From NCBI GenBank assembly GCA_039588295.1, contig JBDHAB010000024.1, positions 410 to 42,893 of the forward strand: a stretch of DNA of 42,484 nt, read 5' to 3'. This document shows positions 38,025-42,484 of this stretch, in pieces. Under the pieces are notes generated by a model. That model had not been told where the DNA came from. It saw nothing but the letters and a program-made list of their open reading frames with translations, and made no database searches. Both the position numbers and the translations under genes were made by a program. Source of the DNA: Gemmatimonadota bacterium (GTDB lineage Bacteria; Gemmatimonadota; Gemmatimonadetes; Gemmatimonadales; GWC2-71-9). The first letter of the stretch is position 1; the number at the start of each line of letters is the position of its first letter.

Positions 38025-39848
38025 TTAGAGTGTGCCTGACTGAAAACTCCTCAACCTAGCGGCACCGACCACACGGGGCAACCGTCCAGCTTCGAGCAGT
38101 TCGATGTCCACGAACGCGGCGAGTCCTTCTTTGAGCGTTGTCTCGACTTCCGCACTGGTCGACGCCACGAGTGCGCGTTCTGCAGCCGCAGCCGCTGCGT
38201 TCATGTCAATTTGACGGACGAGCCAGCGTACCAACGGGAGCGCCGGCGGCGAAAGGCTCAGCACCCGGTACCCCAGGCCGAGCAAGAGGAATGCCGAAAG
38301 CGGATCGGAAGCCATCTCCCCACATACACTCGCCTCGATATTGGCCTGTTGCGCGGCCTCCGCAATTCGACGGAGCAGCTGCAACACCGCCGGATGACGC
38401 GGGTTGAAGCGCCCGGCCAAGCGCGCATTGCCGCGATCGATCGCGAGCGTGTACTGGGTTAGGTCGTTGGTACCGACGCTCAGGAAGTCGCTCCGGGCCG
38501 CGATCTGATCCACAATGACTGCGGCGGCCGGCGTCTCGATCATCACTCCGATGGGCAGCGATGCCGCAGCCGTGATGCCCTCCTGCTGGAGAGTGCGCGC
38601 CGACTCTGCAATCAGTTCGCGGGTGTGGTCGAGCTCTTCGACCTGAATGATCATCGGCAGCAGCAGCCGCACGTCCCCACTGACGCGGGCGCGGAGTGCT
38701 GCTCGGAGCTGCACCCGAAACAGCTCCGGGTTATCGAGACACACACGGATCGCGCGCCACCCGAGGAACGGGTTCGGCTCTGGCGCCGTCTGAAACGCCG
38801 CGGGGAACTTGTCTCCCCCGAGATCATACGTCCGCACCACCACCGGATACCCGCGGAACCGCCTGGCCACGTGTTCGAAGAGCCGGACCTGCTCGTCCTC
38901 GGTGGGCATCGTCTTGCGGCCCAACACCAGGAACTCCGTGCGGAGCAAGCCAACACCCTCGGCGCGATGCTGTTGCGTTTCGTCCAGCTCTTCCGGGAGA
39001 TCGACATTGCCGCGCAGCGTGACCGACTGCCCGTCCCGGGTCTCGGCGGGGAGACCGTCTACCTCCTCCAGTCGGTCTTGTAGTTGGTGCCGGCGCTGCT
39101 CGCTGTCCGCTGCCTCGGCGATCTCGGCTTCCGTGGGCTCGAGCAGCACGAAGCCGTGTGTCCCGTCGAGGAGCACTTGCATCCCGTCGCGGACGCGTTC
39201 GAGGCCGTCGATCACCCCCATCACGCACGGGATGCCGAGGCTGCGGGCGAGGATAGCGGCATGCGCCGTTCGTGCACCCTCGACACTTGCCAATCCCGCC
39301 ACGTTTTCGCGTTCGAGCTGGACCGTCAATCCTGGAGTCAGCTCGCGGGTGAAGACGATGGCCGGCGGTGCATCCGGAGCCGCAAGCGCCGGATGGATGG
39401 GCTTGTCGACCAGGTGATTCAGCACCCTCAACAGGATTCCCGAAAGATCCGCCACACGCTGTCGAAGCTGGAAGCTGGACGACTGGGACCACAGCGCCCT
39501 CAGCTCAAGCGTCTTGAACTCGAATGCCCGCTCCGCGCTTAGCTGGTTCTCCCGGATGAGTCGCTCGACTTCCCACACAAATTCCGGATCTTCGAGCATC
39601 AAGATCTGGGCGTCGAAGATCTTGGACTCTTCTGCACCGGCACGTTGGCGGGTGCGCTCCCGCAGATCTTCCAGCATCCGCTGGACCGCTCGGAGCGCTT
39701 CGCGCAGTCGCTCGATCTCGCGGTCGACCTCCTGCGGCGCCACGACGGTCCGCGTGACCGTCGGGATCTCCCACTGAATCACCTGGGCGGGACCGATCGT
39801 GATGCCGGGCGCGACGCCGACACCGCTCAAGACGCGATCCGTGGTCAT
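38025..39848 (-). CDS. ptsI: PTS enzyme I
   Basis: [38 protein letters not shown] and CGEMA. Confidence 0.96.
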   Translation of the reverse strand: MTTDRVLSGVGVAPGITIGPAQVIQWEIPTVTRTVVAPQEVDREIERLREALRAVQRMLEDLRERTRQRAGAEESKIFDAQILMLEDPEFVWEVERLIRENQLSAERAFEFKTLELRALWSQSSSFQLRQRVADLSGILLRVLNHLVDKPIHPALAAPDAPPAIVFTRELTPGLTVQLERENVAGLASVEGARTAHAAILARSLGIPCVMGVIDGLERVRDGMQVLLDGTHGFVLLEPTEAEIAEAADSEQRRHQLQDRLEEVDGLPAETRDGQSVTLRGNVDLPEELDETQQHRAEGVGLLRTEFLVLGRKTMPTEDEQVRLFEHVARRFRGYPVVVRTYDLGGDKFPAAFQTAPEPNPFLGWRAIRVCLDNPELFRVQLRAALRARVSGDVRLLLPMIIQVEELDHTRELIAESARTLQQEGITAAASLPIGVMIETPAAAVIVDQIAARSDFLSVGTNDLTQYTLAIDRGNARLAGRFNPRHPAVLQLLRRIAEAAQQANIEASVCGEMASDPLSAFLLLGLGYRVLSLSPPALPLVRWLVRQIDMNAAAAAAERALVASTSAEVETTLKEGLAAFVDIELLEAGRLPRVVGAARLRSFQSGTL

Positions 39849-40117
39849 TCTTCCACCAGCTCTTTGCTCAGAATCTCGATCAAGGCGGATGTGGCCGCTT
39901 CGGCATCCGCCCCCTCGGCACGCACGGTCACCGTGGAGCCGCACTCGGCTGCGAGGGTCATAACCCCCAGAATGCTCTTTCCGTTCACCCAGACACCGTC
40001 CTTACCGACCGAGACGTCCGCCGTGAACTTCCCCGCCGCCTTCACGAAGGCGGCAGCTGGACGTGCGTGAAGCCCAAGACGATTCTTGATGACCGTCGTT
40101 CGCTCCACCGCTACCAT
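39845..40117 (-). CDS. ptsH: Phosphocarrier protein HPr
   Basis: GLHARPA (His15) and GKSILGV (Ser46). Confidence 0.96.
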   Translation of the reverse strand: MVAVERTTVIKNRLGLHARPAAAFVKAAGKFTADVSVGKDGVWVNGKSILGVMTLAAECGSTVTVRAEGADAEAATSALIEILSKELVEE

Positions 40118-40848
40118 ACCCATCCGACCACCAATGCAATAGCGGCTGCGGCTAGCCCGAACCGGAGCCCGCGAAACCTGGGAATGAGCCATCCGGCAAA
40201 CGCGGCTGCCAGACCCGCCACTAGCACCATGTTCCCCTGTGCTCTCAATGAGAAGTCACGCGCCAGCCACTCGCCGACGACCGGTAAGGCAAACCCCACG
40301 GCGAGGGCGCCGAGCGGTCCTACGATTCGAAGCCCACGCTTGAGCCCTCTTGCCGTCAGTGCCCGCGACACGTCGCGGCCGCGTTCCCAGCCGGCATGGA
40401 GCGCCCACCAGCGCGTCACGAGGTGCACGGCATTGTACAGCACGAGAAACGTGATCGCGCCGGCGATGGGGGACGTCAGCGCGCACACGGCGAGCCCGAT
40501 CCCGACGGCCGTCGGCATGACGCCTGCCCAGATCAGTTTGTCGCCGACGGAGCCGAGCGGCCCCACCAATGCGTGCCGCAGACGCCGTACCGTTTCCGGC
40601 GGCAGATCCTCGTGTTCGGCCCGAGCGACCGCGCCGATCGCCATGCCCGCCAGATACGGGTGGGCGTTGAAGAATTGCGTCGCGCGCGCCATTGCCGCGC
40701 GATAGCGCGGACCGTTCCGCCCACCAGGAAGCGCGCGCAGCATCGGTTCGATGGCCCAGGCCGATCCCACCCCAATCATGCGATCGTCATTCCAGGACGC
40801 TTGCAGCAGCAACGTTCGGAGCCAGGACACGAACAGGCGCCACCTCAC
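40111..40848 (-). CDS. PTS mannose/fructose/sorbose-family EIID
   Basis: QASWN..RM, FFNAHP and GPLGSVGD. Confidence 0.9.
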   Translation of the reverse strand: MRWRLFVSWLRTLLLQASWNDDRMIGVGSAWAIEPMLRALPGGRNGPRYRAAMARATQFFNAHPYLAGMAIGAVARAEHEDLPPETVRRLRHALVGPLGSVGDKLIWAGVMPTAVGIGLAVCALTSPIAGAITFLVLYNAVHLVTRWWALHAGWERGRDVSRALTARGLKRGLRIVGPLGALAVGFALPVVGEWLARDFSLRAQGNMVLVAGLAAAFAGWLIPRFRGLRFGLAAAAIALVVGWVW

Positions 40849-41513
40849 GAGATCACCACCCACAGCACGCCGCCAGCCAGGCCCAGTCCAAACCAGCGCA
40901 GACCTGCTCCACGACCCACGGCGCGCACGACACCGCCCGCAGCCGCACCCAAGGCCGTCCCAACAACCACCAGGGTCACCAGCACGGCCCCCTGCACCGT
41001 CACGGGCGGCCAGCGGTACGCGGCGATCGCGAGGATCAGCCCGAGTGCGGTGACCACGATCGACCGCAGCGCGTCGCGGAGGAGCCCCCGTGCATGGCTG
41101 GTCACCACCGAGGTCAGGTCTCCCTGATCGAGCATCGCGCGATACCTCCTCACGTCGGTGGTGTTGCCCCTCCGCACGAGCCGCATACCGACCTCTCCCA
41201 GGTATGCCACAGCCAACCCCACGCAGACGGCCACCCCGGTTCCCAATACACCCGGCGCTCCGGCCGCTGTCGCCGCGGCAGCAACCGCGCCCACGCCGTA
41301 GTCCGGGTACCGCACGCCACCAACTGGGAGCACATCGAGCGCGAACAGCTCCAGGACGGCTCCCACCGTCCCACCGGCCAGTGGATCGCCGAGGATGACG
41401 CCGGCCACGGCACCCGCCACGATCGGGCGCGCAATCATGAACTGACCCACGCTCACCAGATCGAGACCAACGACGGTCCCCCACACCAGGAGCCAGCCAA
41501 ACTGCTCGCTCAC
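40845..41513 (-). CDS. PTS mannose/fructose/sorbose-family EIIC
   Basis: RPIVAG, LGD...G..VGAVLEL and PVGG..PD. Confidence 0.88.
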   Translation of the reverse strand: MSEQFGWLLVWGTVVGLDLVSVGQFMIARPIVAGAVAGVILGDPLAGGTVGAVLELFALDVLPVGGVRYPDYGVGAVAAAATAAGAPGVLGTGVAVCVGLAVAYLGEVGMRLVRRGNTTDVRRYRAMLDQGDLTSVVTSHARGLLRDALRSIVVTALGLILAIAAYRWPPVTVQGAVLVTLVVVGTALGAAAGGVVRAVGRGAGLRWFGLGLAGGVLWVVIS

Positions 41514-41983
41514 TTCAGCGCCTCGATCGGGATTGTGCGAGCCGTCGGCACATCTTGCGCGGTCACTTCAATGCCCTGCTCACGGAGTCCACGCAGTCGC
41601 GAGGCCTCCTCATCCGTCAAGTAGACGTACGCGAGACGCTGGGACCTGTCGTCTCCCTCGTGCAGGCCACCGAGGTTCACCTTCCGAACAACGGACGTGC
41701 GCTCGCAGAGCCGCACCATCGTGTCGACGTCTCCGACTAGGAGAATCGTCTTCGTGGCGTCTTCGCTCCAGCCGTCGATCGCCCGTGCGGCATCCACGAC
41801 CGACACGAAATCCACCCGCAAGTCAGCGGGTACGCCGAGGGAGTACAACTCCTGCTCCCACGCATTCGCGCTCACCTCGTCGTCGATCAGGACTATGCGC
41901 TTGACACCGAGCGCCTGCACCCAGCCGACGACGACCTGTCCGTGAATCAGCCGGTCGTCGATCCGCGTGAGCACGATACTCAT
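41510..41983 (-). CDS. PTS mannose/fructose/sorbose-family EIIB
   Basis: RIDDRLIHGQV and VNLGG. Confidence 0.95.
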   Translation of the reverse strand: MSIVLTRIDDRLIHGQVVVGWVQALGVKRIVLIDDEVSANAWEQELYSLGVPADLRVDFVSVVDAARAIDGWSEDATKTILLVGDVDTMVRLCERTSVVRKVNLGGLHEGDDRSQRLAYVYLTDEEASRLRGLREQGIEVTAQDVPTARTIPIEALK

Positions 41984-42360
41984 ACGCTGAGTGCGCGAAC
42001 CGACCGCGTTGCCGCGTCGATGGCGCGCTCCGCTGCCTGGTCGGGCGCCAGGTCGCGATGGAACACGAAATCCAGGAGCATGGGAAGGTTCACCCCCGCG
42101 ACCACCGCCACATTGGACCGGGCGCGGAGCTCGAGCAGCGTGGCGTGCAGACAACTCCCGCCCGGCATGTCCACGAACACCACCGCGGAATCCACACCAA
42201 CGGCGGCCGCGATGTCGCCACACAAGCGATCTCGGCCGGCGCCGGTGTTGCTGATCGGCACCAGCCCTCCATCGTCCCCCGTTATTTCTTTCACGGCGCG
42301 GACCAGCGCACCGGCGACGTCGCCGTGCGAGATGACCACGCCCGTCAGTAGGTCACTCAT
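41980..42360 (-). CDS. PTS mannose-family EIIA
   Basis: VISHG, VDMPGGS and GVNLPML. Confidence 0.93.
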   Translation of the reverse strand: MSDLLTGVVISHGDVAGALVRAVKEITGDDGGLVPISNTGAGRDRLCGDIAAAVGVDSAVVFVDMPGGSCLHATLLELRARSNVAVVAGVNLPMLLDFVFHRDLAPDQAAERAIDAATRSVRALSV

Positions 42361-42484
42361 AATCCTCCGAGAGGTACTCCCGGAGCTCCGCCTGCTCCGC
42401 CATGCGTCGAATCAGGCGCTCGTTGAACTGTCGCGCTGAGTCGACGCCGCTGTAGCGCAGTAGGTGGTTCATCGCGACGACCTC
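42353..42484 (-). CDS. hprK: HPr kinase/phosphorylase C-terminus (partial)
   Basis: EVVAMNHLLRYSGVDSARQFNERL...EDYE* resembles the HprK C-terminal helices and lies upstream of the PTS genes. Confidence 0.8.
   Translation of the reverse strand, partial: EVVAMNHLLRYSGVDSARQFNERLIRRMAEQAELREYLSEDYE

Overview
GC-rich bacterial chromosome segment. The hprK-PTS-metK-ahcY-nuclease gene order suggests Gemmatimonadota, which is an inference only. (1) 1-3360 is the right part of a small integrative element: serine resolvase, structured leader with a 38-aa leader ORF, wHTH Rep-like gene with internal repeats, Xis-like HTH and tyrosine integrase. It abuts the 5' end, not the usual 3' end, of tRNA-Ser(GGA). 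(2) 3862-19003 is a ~15-kb, tightly coupled operon: 2-oxoacid:ferredoxin oxidoreductase alpha/beta, an unknown 340-aa ORF, rnfB, a 1661-aa PFOR-like fusion, rnfCDGEA, an unannotated 55-aa Cys-rich membrane peptide and apbE. The 340-aa ORF aligns by eye to the TPP-binding domain of the giant PFOR but has lost the catalytic motifs, and the PFOR carries a ferredoxin on an Ala/Pro linker. Together these suggest a 2-oxoacid oxidoreductase-Rnf supercomplex with a pseudo-enzyme subunit, the best candidate novel system here. (3) An ECF sigma / ZAS anti-sigma / secretin-N-like lipoprotein module. (4) A minus-strand housekeeping run: hprK, mannose-type PTS, ptsH, ptsI, metK, ahcY, bifunctional nuclease, a membrane protein, cobalamin riboswitch with btuFCDB, recO, selB, a stand-alone T9SS-CTD-like protein, clpB, tadA, DDAH and DUF2721. 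Heptamer repeats occur in two intergenic regions. All homology calls are by motif recognition; no database search was run.
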